In this document: positions 54,771 to 63,356 of the stretch, piece by piece
Layout: every line of letters begins with the position of its first letter
Position numbering within the stretch: the first letter of the stretch is position 1
Origin: Bacillus subtilis subsp. subtilis str. 168
Lineage (GTDB): Bacteria; Bacillota; Bacilli; Bacillales; Bacillaceae
Direction of reading: 5' to 3'
DNA length: 64,000 bases
Assembly (NCBI RefSeq): GCF_000009045.1
Contig: NC_000964.3
Coordinates: 1,550,001 to 1,614,000, forward strand
Notes under the pieces: model-generated
Database searches by the model: none
Told to the model about the DNA's origin: nothing
Seen by the model: only the letters and a program-made list of their open reading frames with translations
Made by a program: the position numbers and the translations under genes

Positions 54771-55490
54771 ATGAAAAAACTGAAATTACGGTTGACGCAC
54801 CTCTGGTATAAGCTGCTGATGAAACTTGGGCTGAAAAGTGATGAAGTCTATTACATAGGCGGGAGTGAAGCCCTGCCGCCTCCATTATCTAAAGATGAGG
54901 AGCAGGTTTTGTTAATGAAGCTCCCAAACGGCGATCAGGCGGCGCGCGCCATTCTAATTGAACGCAATTTGCGTCTGGTCGTATATATCGCCCGTAAATT
55001 TGAAAATACGGGAATTAATATAGAGGATTTAATCAGCATCGGTACCATCGGTCTAATCAAAGCTGTTAATACATTTAATCCAGAAAAGAAAATCAAGCTT
55101 GCTACCTATGCCTCCCGGTGTATAGAAAATGAAATCCTGATGTATTTAAGAAGAAATAACAAAATCCGTTCAGAGGTTTCCTTTGATGAACCGCTTAATA
55201 TTGATTGGGACGGCAATGAGCTTTTGCTTTCTGATGTGCTCGGCACTGACGATGACATCATCACTAAAGACATAGAAGCTAACGTCGATAAAAAGCTTTT
55301 GAAAAAAGCGCTTGAACAGCTTAATGAGAGAGAAAAGCAAATCATGGAGCTGCGGTTTGGGCTTGTCGGTGAAGAAGAAAAAACCCAAAAGGATGTAGCG
55401 GATATGATGGGGATTTCTCAGTCTTATATTTCGCGGCTTGAGAAAAGAATTATAAAAAGGTTGAGAAAAGAGTTCAACAAAATGGTGTAA
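54771..55490 (+). CDS. sigE: Pro-sigma E, early mother-cell sigma factor
   Basis: Pro-sequence [16 protein letters not shown]...[12 protein letters not shown]; sigma regions 2 and 4. Confidence 0.99.
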   Translation: MKKLKLRLTHLWYKLLMKLGLKSDEVYYIGGSEALPPPLSKDEEQVLLMKLPNGDQAARAILIERNLRLVVYIARKFENTGINIEDLISIGTIGLIKAVNTFNPEKKIKLATYASRCIENEILMYLRRNNKIRSEVSFDEPLNIDWDGNELLLSDVLGTDDDIITKDIEANVDKKLLKKALEQLNEREKQIMELRFGLVGEEEKTQKDVADMMGISQSYISRLEKRIIKRLRKEFNKMV

Positions 55491-55564
55491 AAAATTTTAT
55501 GGTTAGAACCCCTTGATTTTACAGGGATTTCCTGATTTCGACAGTTTTTCGGTCTGAGTGCAGT

Positions 55565-55621
55565 GCATATTTTTCCCACCCAAGGAGATACTTAACGTTG
55601 TACAGCAGCTCCTGTAGGGAG
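55565..55621 (+). promoter_or_regulatory. sigG promoter (SigF/SigG) with short spacer and RBS-occluding hairpin
   Basis: GCATA-14-GGAGATACTT; CTCCT(55609-13)/GGGAG(55617-21) stem over the SD. Confidence 0.75.
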
Positions 55622-55629
55622 GGAAAAAA

Positions 55630-56412
55630 GTGTCGAGAAATAAAGTCGAAATCTGCGGGGTGGATACCTCCAAATTACCAGTACTCAAGAATGAAGAGAT
55701 GAGAAAGCTGTTTAGGCAGCTGCAGGATGAAGGCGATGATTCAGCAAGAGAAAAGCTTGTAAACGGGAACTTGCGTCTTGTCTTAAGTGTCATTCAACGA
55801 TTTAATAACAGAGGGGAGTATGTTGATGACTTATTTCAAGTCGGCTGCATCGGACTAATGAAATCCATTGATAATTTTGACCTAAGCCACAATGTTAAGT
55901 TTTCAACATACGCTGTACCTATGATTATCGGAGAGATCCGCAGGTATTTACGTGATAATAACCCGATCCGTGTCTCAAGATCACTCCGGGACATCGCTTA
56001 CAAGGCGCTTCAGGTAAGAGAGCGGTTAATCAGTGAGACAAGCAAGGAGCCGACTGCAGAAGACATCGCAAAAGTTCTTGAAGTACCGCATGAGGAAATT
56101 GTATTTGCGCTTGATGCCATTCAGGATCCGGTTTCTCTATTTGAACCGATCTATAACGACGGCGGAGACCCGATCTATGTGATGGACCAAATCAGTGATG
56201 AGCGTAATACAGATTCACAATGGATTGAAGAGCTGGCTTTAAAAGAGGGCATGAGAAGGCTGAACGATAGGGAAAAAATGATTTTGAGAAAGCGATTCTT
56301 CCAAGGGAAAACCCAAATGGAAGTCGCCGAGGAAATCGGAATTTCTCAAGCGCAGGTGTCCAGACTTGAAAAAGCGGCTATCAAACAAATGAATAAAAAT
56401 ATTCATCAATAA
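55630..56412 (+). CDS. sigG: Sigma G, late forespore sigma factor
   Basis: MSRNKVEICGVDTSKLP, DDLFQVGCIGL and GISQAQVSRLE; GTG start. Confidence 0.99.
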   Translation: MSRNKVEICGVDTSKLPVLKNEEMRKLFRQLQDEGDDSAREKLVNGNLRLVLSVIQRFNNRGEYVDDLFQVGCIGLMKSIDNFDLSHNVKFSTYAVPMIIGEIRRYLRDNNPIRVSRSLRDIAYKALQVRERLISETSKEPTAEDIAKVLEVPHEEIVFALDAIQDPVSLFEPIYNDGGDPIYVMDQISDERNTDSQWIEELALKEGMRRLNDREKMILRKRFFQGKTQMEVAEEIGISQAQVSRLEKAAIKQMNKNIHQ

Positions 56413-56414
56413 TG

Positions 56415-56450
56415 AAAAGCCTTTAAAACGATGTTGTTTTAAAGGCTTTT
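56415..56450 (+). terminator. Terminator of sigG
   Basis: AAAAGCCTTTAAAAC/GTTTTAAAGGCTTTT. Confidence 0.9.
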
Positions 56451-56559
56451 CTATTGATTATGGATGGTTTACGTTTTGGAAAAAGTAAGGTATCCTAGTT
56501 CGTACAAAGTTTTATGAAAATTAAAACAATTATAAAAGGCAATAAAGAGGAGGACCACG

Positions 56560-57354
56560 ATGATTTTGCAGCTTGACAATGTCTCACTAAAACGGAATGG
56601 GAAATGGATACTGAAAGATATTCATTGGAAGGTGGAAGAAAAGGAAAATTGGGTGCTTTACGGCCTAAATGGCGCCGGGAAGACAGCGCTGTTAAATATG
56701 CTTTGCTCATATTATTTTCCAACATCAGGCGAGATGCAGGTGCTCGGCCATGAATTTGGCAAAACAGAGCTTGGGGAAAAGCTCAGACGTAAAATTGGCC
56801 TCGTCTCAGCAGCTCTTCAGCAAAAATTGTATCCGGCAGATTCAGCTTTTGAAATTGCTTTGAGCGGAGCTTACGCTTCGATTGGGTTATATGAAACGCC
56901 AAGTAAGGAAACCAGGGAAAAAGCGATAGGTTTGTTAGAGGACTTGGGAGCAATTGAATATGCCGATCGCCGCTATGAAACCCTTTCTCAAGGGGAAAAA
57001 CAAAGAGCATTGATTGCTAGAGCACTAATGGCCGATCCGGAGCTGCTGATACTGGATGAACCAGTCACAGGACTGGATTTTATTGCCCGGGAAAAGCTGT
57101 TAGATACGATTACATACATTGCAAACAAAGAAAATGCACCATCTATCCTTTATGTGACTCATCATGCTGAAGAAATTTTGCCTGTCTTTGATAAAGCCCT
57201 TTTATTAAAACAGGGAGAGGTTTTTGGATCCGGAGAAATAAAGGAAATGCTTACTGATCAAATACTTTCCGCTTTTTTTGATACGCCAATCCATGTATTA
57301 TGGAATCAGGATCGGCCGTTTTTAACAAGAGCTGAGCCGATAACGAATGCCTGA
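56560..57354 (+). CDS. ylmA: Orphan ABC ATP-binding protein (ModF-like)
   Basis: GLNGAGKT, LSQGE, LILDEP and VTHH motifs. Confidence 0.93.
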   Translation: MILQLDNVSLKRNGKWILKDIHWKVEEKENWVLYGLNGAGKTALLNMLCSYYFPTSGEMQVLGHEFGKTELGEKLRRKIGLVSAALQQKLYPADSAFEIALSGAYASIGLYETPSKETREKAIGLLEDLGAIEYADRRYETLSQGEKQRALIARALMADPELLILDEPVTGLDFIAREKLLDTITYIANKENAPSILYVTHHAEEILPVFDKALLLKQGEVFGSGEIKEMLTDQILSAFFDTPIHVLWNQDRPFLTRAEPITNA

Positions 57355-57369
57355 CAAATATATATAGAT

Positions 57370-57455
57370 TCATCCTAGGGGTGCTTTGCGAAGCTGAGAG
57401 AGACTTTGTCTCAACCCTTTTGACCTGATCTGGATCATGCCAGCGGAGGGAAGCG
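57370..57455 (+). ncRNA. TPP (THI-box) riboswitch aptamer
   Basis: AGGGGTGC...GCTGAGA...ACCCTTTTGACCTGATCTGGATCATGCCAGCGGAGGGAAG core. Confidence 0.95.
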
Positions 57456-57494
57456 GTGAAAAGCGGAGTACATCGGACTCCGTTTGTTTTTATT

Positions 57495-57527
57495 AAGCCG
57501 TTTCATCACATTTGAAACGGCTTTTTT
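57495..57527 (+). terminator. Riboswitch-controlled terminator upstream of ylmB
   Basis: AAGCCGTTTCA/TGAAACGGCTT plus T-tract before the ylmB SD. Confidence 0.88.
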
Positions 57528-57555
57528 GATTTTAAAGAATAGGAGCGGATTTACA

Positions 57556-58836
57556 TTGGATCAACAAATATACTCTTTGCAAAAAAAAGTGGAAGAACAT
57601 AAGGAGGAGCTTATTCAGCTTGCGAAAACGCTGATTTCTTATCAAACACCTGCTCCGCCTGCAAGAAATACAGAGGGCATTCAGTCTTGGATTGCGGGAT
57701 ATTTAAATGAATTGGGATTCTCGATCGACAAATGGGATGTGTACCCTGGAGATCCCAATGTTGTAGGGAAGCTAAAAGGAACAGATTCAGCAGATTATTA
57801 TAGCCTGATTATCAATGGCCATGTAGATGTGGCAGAGGTAAAAGAGGATGAAGAATGGAAGCACGATCCGTTTCATCCCATTGAAAAAAACGGTCTCTTA
57901 ATCGGGCGAGGCGCTTCCGATATGAAGGGCGGAATGGCTTGTGTGCTGTTTGCTGTCAAATTAATTCGTGAAGCAAGCATTGAACTTCCAGGTGATCTGA
58001 TTCTGCAATCGGTTATTGGGGAGGAAGTTGGAGAGGCCGGCACACTTGAATGCTGCAAGAGGGGCTACCACGCTGATTTTGCAATTGTCGCGGATACGAG
58101 CGATATGCATATTCAAGGCCAAGGCGGTGTCATTACAGGCTGGATCGAAATCAAAAGCAGTCAAACATTTCATGATGGAACGAGACGGAATATGATTCAT
58201 GCAGGCGGAGGAACATTCGGAGCAAGCGCAATTGAAAAAATGGCAAAAATCATTGCGGGGCTCGGTGAACTTGAGCGCCACTGGTCTATTATGAAAAGTT
58301 ATCCCGGTTTTAAACCAGGCACAAATACGATTAACCCGGCAGTTATAGAAGGCGGCAGACATGCGGCTTTTATAGCGGACGAATGCCGGCTGTGGATCAC
58401 AGTCCATTTTTATCCGAATGAAACCCATGACCAAGTGGCAGCGGAAATAGAAGATTACGTCAATCGGCTGAGTGACAGTGATATTTGGCTTAGGGAAAAC
58501 CGCCCTGTATTCAAGTGGGGAGGCTCATCTATGATAGAAGACAGGGGAGAAATTTTTCCGGCATTGGAAGTTGACCCTGGCCACCCAGGCGTCTTAGCGC
58601 TAACTGCCTCTCATCAGAAAGTGAAACGGGAGTGTCCAATTATTGACGTTTCTCAATCAGTTACAGATGGCGGATGGCTGTATGATGCCGGTATTCCATG
58701 CGTAATATACGGTCCTGGAGATCTGCACAATGCACACTCTGTGAACGAGAAGGTATCGATTGAGCAGCTAGTAGAGTATACAAAAATTATACTCGATTTT
58801 ATCATCAGCTGGTGCAGCCGGAAAAAAGAACAATGA
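57556..58836 (+). CDS. ylmB: N-formyl-4-amino-5-aminomethyl-2-methylpyrimidine deformylase (M20/ArgE family, thiamine salvage)
   Basis: INGHVDV, GRGASDMKGG, GEEVG and AHSVNE; TTG after AGGAG; TPP-controlled. Confidence 0.94.
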   Translation: MDQQIYSLQKKVEEHKEELIQLAKTLISYQTPAPPARNTEGIQSWIAGYLNELGFSIDKWDVYPGDPNVVGKLKGTDSADYYSLIINGHVDVAEVKEDEEWKHDPFHPIEKNGLLIGRGASDMKGGMACVLFAVKLIREASIELPGDLILQSVIGEEVGEAGTLECCKRGYHADFAIVADTSDMHIQGQGGVITGWIEIKSSQTFHDGTRRNMIHAGGGTFGASAIEKMAKIIAGLGELERHWSIMKSYPGFKPGTNTINPAVIEGGRHAAFIADECRLWITVHFYPNETHDQVAAEIEDYVNRLSDSDIWLRENRPVFKWGGSSMIEDRGEIFPALEVDPGHPGVLALTASHQKVKRECPIIDVSQSVTDGGWLYDAGIPCVIYGPGDLHNAHSVNEKVSIEQLVEYTKIILDFIISWCSRKKEQ

Positions 58837-58918
58837 CATGAAAATTTCTTCTTGCTGACAAGGTTCAGCCTGCCCGTTCATATACTTGAACAAAAGGACG
58901 GAAAAAGGACGTGATGGA

Positions 58919-59164
58919 ATGATCAGCATTTCAGAATTTCAGGTAAAGGATGTCGTCAATGTCTCAAACGGAAAAAAGCTGGGGAGTATTGGTGATATTG
59001 ATATCAATGTGACCACTGGAAAAATTCAGGCGATCATACTCGGAGGAAATGGGAAAGTTCTCGGATTTTTTGGAAAAGAAGAGGAATTGGTCATTCCATG
59101 GCGAAATATAGTAAAAATCGGGGAAGATGTAATCTTAGTCCGATTAAGTGAACCACATGCATAA
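58919..59164 (+). CDS. ylmC: YlmC/YmxH PRC-barrel sporulation protein
   Basis: KDVVNVSNGKKLG and IPWRNIVKIGEDVILV; 81 aa. Confidence 0.94.
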   Translation: MISISEFQVKDVVNVSNGKKLGSIGDIDINVTTGKIQAIILGGNGKVLGFFGKEEELVIPWRNIVKIGEDVILVRLSEPHA

Positions 59165-59192
59165 ACCTGCTTGTCTGCCGCAGATTGGCAAA

Positions 59193-59229
59193 TGCCGGAA
59201 GTCTCGATTCTTCCGGCACATTTCATTTA
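59193..59229 (+). terminator. Hairpin after ylmC
   Basis: TGCCGGAAG/CTTCCGGCA with imperfect T-tract. Confidence 0.55.
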
Positions 59230-59266
59230 GAAATATGCAAATCGGCGCTCAACGAATGCAGTAAGA

Positions 59267-59313
59267 TGTGGTAAAATAAGTGGGAAATTCCGCTTTTTTA
59301 AATGTTTGTCGAA
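59267..59313 (+). promoter_or_regulatory. Extended -10 SigA promoter of the ylmD operon with downstream perfect 0A box
   Basis: TGTG-G-TAAAAT (59267-59277); TGTCGAA at 59307-59313. Confidence 0.75.
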
Positions 59314-59326
59314 AGGTTGGATCATC

Positions 59327-60163
59327 ATGAATACATATCACCCATTCAGTCTTACCACACCCTCGACACTCATGATACAAGACTGGGCTCAAACGAATCA
59401 AAACAACAAAGAGGTCATTGCCGGATTTACGACAAAAAACGGCGGTGTCAGCCAAAAGCCTTTTGAATCGTTAAATACAGGATTGCACGTTCATGACAAA
59501 GATGCAGATGTAGTTAAAAATCGTGAATATATTGCCGATATGTTTAATACTGATTTGCAGTCTTGGGTATTCGCTGATCAGACACATGATAATCGCGTTC
59601 AGAAAGTGACGCAGAGGGATAGGGGAAAAGGCGCCCGTGAGTATCACACGGCTCTAAAAGCAACGGACGGGATCTATACAAATGAAAAAAATGTATTTTT
59701 AGCATTATGCTTTGCTGATTGTGTGCCTCTTTTCTTTTATGATCCGGTTAAGTCGCTTGTCGGAGTCGCCCATGCCGGGTGGAAAGGCACCGTCAAACAG
59801 ATTGGCAGAGAAATGGTGAAGCAATGGACTGAGAAGGAAGGTTCAAATCCCTCAGATATTTACGCTGTTATTGGCCCGTCTATCAGCGGAGCATGCTATA
59901 CGGTAGACGACCGCGTCATGGATGCTGTCCGCGCATTGCCGGTTTCAGCAGACCTTGCCGCCAATCAGACGGCAAAGGCACAATATCAGCTTGATCTGAA
60001 AGAGCTGAACCGTCTTATACTGATGGACAGCGGTTTGGCAAGTGAACAAATTTCTGTCAGCGGTTTATGCACGGAAAGCGAGCCGTCTCTTTTCTATTCT
60101 CATCGCCGCGATCAGGGGAAAACTGGACGGATGATGTCCTTTATCGGAATGAAGGAGGCATAA
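59327..60163 (+). CDS. ylmD: YfiH/PgeF-family purine nucleoside phosphorylase / peptidoglycan editing factor
   Basis: FTTKNGG, QTH, ADCVP, AHAGWKG, IGPSISG and YSHRR motifs. Confidence 0.94.
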   Translation: MNTYHPFSLTTPSTLMIQDWAQTNQNNKEVIAGFTTKNGGVSQKPFESLNTGLHVHDKDADVVKNREYIADMFNTDLQSWVFADQTHDNRVQKVTQRDRGKGAREYHTALKATDGIYTNEKNVFLALCFADCVPLFFYDPVKSLVGVAHAGWKGTVKQIGREMVKQWTEKEGSNPSDIYAVIGPSISGACYTVDDRVMDAVRALPVSADLAANQTAKAQYQLDLKELNRLILMDSGLASEQISVSGLCTESEPSLFYSHRRDQGKTGRMMSFIGMKEA

Positions 60164-60169
60164 AAGATC

Positions 60170-60862
60170 TTGCGTGTTGTTGATAATTTACGACATATAA
60201 ACGAACGAATAAACGAAGCATGTAACAGATCGGGCCGCAGCTCCGATGAAGTTACGGTTATTGCAGTCACAAAATATGTATCACCTGAAAGAGCACAGGA
60301 GGCAGTAGATGCTGGCATCACCTGCCTCGGAGAGAATCGGGATGCGGAACTGCTCCGCAAACAGGAATTGATGAAAGGGAATCCGGAATGGCATTTTATC
60401 GGCAGTCTGCAATCAAGAAAAGCAAAATCTGTCGTCAATTCGGTTTCCTATATCCATTCCCTAGACCGGCTCTCATTAGCGAAAGAAATTGAAAAACGGG
60501 CTGAAGGTACTGTACGATGCTTTGTGCAGGTCAATACCTCTCTTGAGCCTTCTAAACATGGCATGAAAAAAGAAGAAGTCATTCCATTCATACAGGAGCT
60601 TTCCGGTTTCGAACATATCCTTGTTGCCGGGCTGATGACAATGGCTCCGCTGACTGATGATCAAGATCAGATCAGAAGCTGTTTCAGGTCGCTGAGAGAA
60701 CTCCGTGACCAGGTTCAGAAGCTGAACCAGCCGAACGCTCCGTGTACTGAACTGTCGATGGGCATGTCAAATGATTTTGAAATTGCAATTGAAGAAGGAG
60801 CTACTTATATTAGAATCGGCTCATCGTTAGTCGGAAATGAAACAGGGGGTGTACAGCAATGA
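60170..60862 (+). CDS. ylmE: YggS/PLPBP pyridoxal phosphate homeostasis protein
   Basis: [28 protein letters not shown] and RIGS motifs. Confidence 0.96.
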
Positions 60863-61314
60863 GTATGAAAAATAAACTGAAAAACTTTTTCTCAATGGAA
60901 GATGAAGAATACGAATATGAATATATTGAGACAGAGCGGGAATCTCATGAGGAGCATGAGCAAAAAGAAAAGCCGGCTTACAACGGGAATAAACCTGCGG
61001 GCAAACAGAATGTAGTGAGCTTGCAAAGTGTTCAGAAATCCTCTAAAGTGGTGTTGAGTGAGCCGCGCGTTTATGCGGAGGCGCAGGAAATAGCCGACCA
61101 TTTGAAGAACCGGCGGGCAGTTGTCGTCAATCTTCAGCGGATACAGCATGACCAGGCGAAGCGGATTGTTGACTTTTTAAGCGGAACCGTTTATGCCATT
61201 GGCGGCGATATTCAAAGAATCGGCTCAGATATTTTCCTCTGCACGCCTGACAACGTAGATGTATCAGGCACAATTTCTGAGCTCATATCTGAAGACGAAC
61301 ATCAGAGGTGGTAA
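60859..61314 (+). CDS. sepF: Cell division protein SepF
   Basis: N-terminal amphipathic helix; [15 protein letters not shown]; FLCTP. Confidence 0.97.
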
Positions 61315-61320
61315 AGCGAG

Positions 61321-61593
61321 ATGATCCTTTATCAAGTTTTTTCGGTTTTAAGCTTATTAATCACAATATACTCATTTGCCCTGATCATATATATTTTTAT
61401 GTCATGGGTGCCGAGTACGAGGGAAACAGCAGTCGGGCGTTTTTTGGCTTCGATTTGTGAACCATATCTCGAACCATTCAGAAAAATCATCCCTCCGATT
61501 GCAATGCTGGATATTTCACCAATCGTAGCAATACTTGTGCTTCGGTTTGCGACAACCGGCTTGTGGGGACTTTATCGCATGATTGCGTTTTAA
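61321..61593 (+). CDS. ylmG: YggT family membrane protein
   Basis: [17 protein letters not shown] and LDISPIV motifs. Confidence 0.95.
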
Positions 61594-61653
61594 TGTGACA
61601 GTTTGATAGGGGCTTGGCAGCAGCCAAGCCTCTTTACATAGAAGGGAAAGACG

Positions 61654-62427
61654 ATGAGCGATATATATCAGCACTTCAGAAAAGACGAGCGGGCCTTTAT
61701 TGATCAAGCGCTCGAATGGAAAAGAATTGTCCAGGAGCAGTACCGGATGAAGCTGACCGACTTTTTAGATCCCCGAGAGCAGGTCATCCTCTCTGCTGTT
61801 ACGGGACAGGCAGATGTCGGGCTTGCCTTTTCCGGCGGCTATGACAGAGCGGAGCGGAAACGGGCGATTCTGTTTCCAGAGTACATTACTCCGGAAGAAT
61901 CAGATTTTGAACTGCAGGCGTTTAACGTCCGTTATGCTGACAAGTTTGTCTCAGTAGATCATCGTTCTCTGCTTGGTGCATTAATGGGCATAGGATTAAA
62001 GCGGCAAAAATTCGGTGACATCGTGTTTTCTGAGACAGCAGTGCAATTGATTGTCTCAGCCGATACCGCTGATTTTGTGGCTGCACAGCTGACCCAAGCA
62101 GGCAAAGCGGCGGTCAGCCTAGAGAAAATCGACTTGTCAGACCTTAACATTCCAGCAGTTGATGTCGAAATAAGAGATGACACGGTTTCTTCTTTAAGGC
62201 TTGACGCCGTCTGCGCCTCTATGAGCAGGCAATCCCGCCAGAAATCACAGACGCTTGTGAAAAACGGCCTTGTGAAAGTGAACTGGAAGGTGGTTGAAGA
62301 TCCTTCATACATAGTCGCGGAAGGGGACATGCTGTCTATCAGAGGTTTTGGCCGGTGCAGCTTAACAAAAATCGAAGGAAAAACCAAAAAAGACAAATGG
62401 AGAGTTACGTTTGAACGACAAAAATAG
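61654..62427 (+). CDS. ylmH: YlmH S4-domain RNA-binding protein
   Basis: TDFLDPRE, HRSLLGALM, SLRLDAV and LSIRGFGR motifs. Confidence 0.95.
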   Translation: MSDIYQHFRKDERAFIDQALEWKRIVQEQYRMKLTDFLDPREQVILSAVTGQADVGLAFSGGYDRAERKRAILFPEYITPEESDFELQAFNVRYADKFVSVDHRSLLGALMGIGLKRQKFGDIVFSETAVQLIVSADTADFVAAQLTQAGKAAVSLEKIDLSDLNIPAVDVEIRDDTVSSLRLDAVCASMSRQSRQKSQTLVKNGLVKVNWKVVEDPSYIVAEGDMLSIRGFGRCSLTKIEGKTKKDKWRVTFERQK

Positions 62428-62520
62428 TCGGTTTTTCAGTTTTTTTCTCCATCTGTGCGAAATTTGTTTTATAATGTGAACTAGATAACCGTACTGAAAT
62501 GTAAAAATGGAGGTGGCATC

Positions 62521-63015
62521 ATGCCATTAACGCCAAATGATATTCACAACAAGACGTTTACAAAAAGTTTTCGCGGATATGATGAAGATGAAGTAAATGA
62601 ATTCCTAGCCCAAGTCAGAAAAGATTACGAAATTGTTCTCCGCAAGAAAACTGAGCTTGAAGCGAAAGTCAATGAGCTTGATGAAAGAATCGGACACTTT
62701 GCCAATATTGAGGAGACATTGAATAAATCAATTTTAGTTGCTCAAGAAGCGGCTGAAGACGTAAAACGCAATTCTCAAAAAGAAGCAAAGCTGATCGTTC
62801 GGGAAGCGGAGAAAAACGCTGATCGCATTATCAACGAATCGTTATCAAAATCAAGAAAAATTGCAATGGAAATTGAAGAGCTGAAAAAACAGTCTAAAGT
62901 GTTCAGAACACGTTTCCAAATGCTGATTGAAGCTCAGCTTGATCTTCTGAAAAATGACGATTGGGATCATCTCCTTGAGTATGAAGTCGACGCTGTATTT
63001 GAGGAAAAGGAATAA
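62521..63015 (+). CDS. divIVA: Cell-pole landmark protein DivIVA
   Basis: MPLTPNDIHNKTFTKSFRGYDEDEVNEFL; coiled coil; 164 aa. Confidence 0.99.
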   Translation: MPLTPNDIHNKTFTKSFRGYDEDEVNEFLAQVRKDYEIVLRKKTELEAKVNELDERIGHFANIEETLNKSILVAQEAAEDVKRNSQKEAKLIVREAEKNADRIINESLSKSRKIAMEIEELKKQSKVFRTRFQMLIEAQLDLLKNDDWDHLLEYEVDAVFEEKE

Positions 63016-63029
63016 ATTCTCTGATTATC

Positions 63030-63059
63030 TTGACATTTTCTTAGCTTGTCGAATATAAT
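63030..63059 (+). promoter_or_regulatory. SigA promoter of ileS
   Basis: TTGACA-18-TATAAT; TGTCGAA occupies 63047-63053. Confidence 0.85.
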
Positions 63060-63064
63060 ACGTT

Positions 63065-63324
63065 CATAAATTCAGATGAAAAAACGGTTGAAAGGGACAG
63101 TCATGTTTCCTTCAGGCCTTCATAGCGACCCGGAGATGGTGAGAGTCCGGGATGGCCGGAATCATGTAGATCAGCCCTTTAGTTTCCTTGCTGAACTCAC
63201 AGTAGGTTAGGACGTTCATCACGTTACGATGCTCAAGAGGAAAAAGTGTATGCTTGCTTTTTCTAAAAGGGTGGTACCGCGAGATAAGCTTTCTCGTCCC
63301 TTATGGGATGAGAGGGCTTTTTTT
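63065..63324 (+). ncRNA. Ile T-box riboswitch leader with terminator
   Basis: T-box AAGGGTGGTACCGCG (63267-63281); likely specifier AUC at 63161-63163; terminator CTTTCTCGTCCC/GGGATGAGAGGG + T7. Confidence 0.95.
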
Positions 63325-63356
63325 ATTTTCTGAAAAAATGCAGTGGAGGAATGAAA

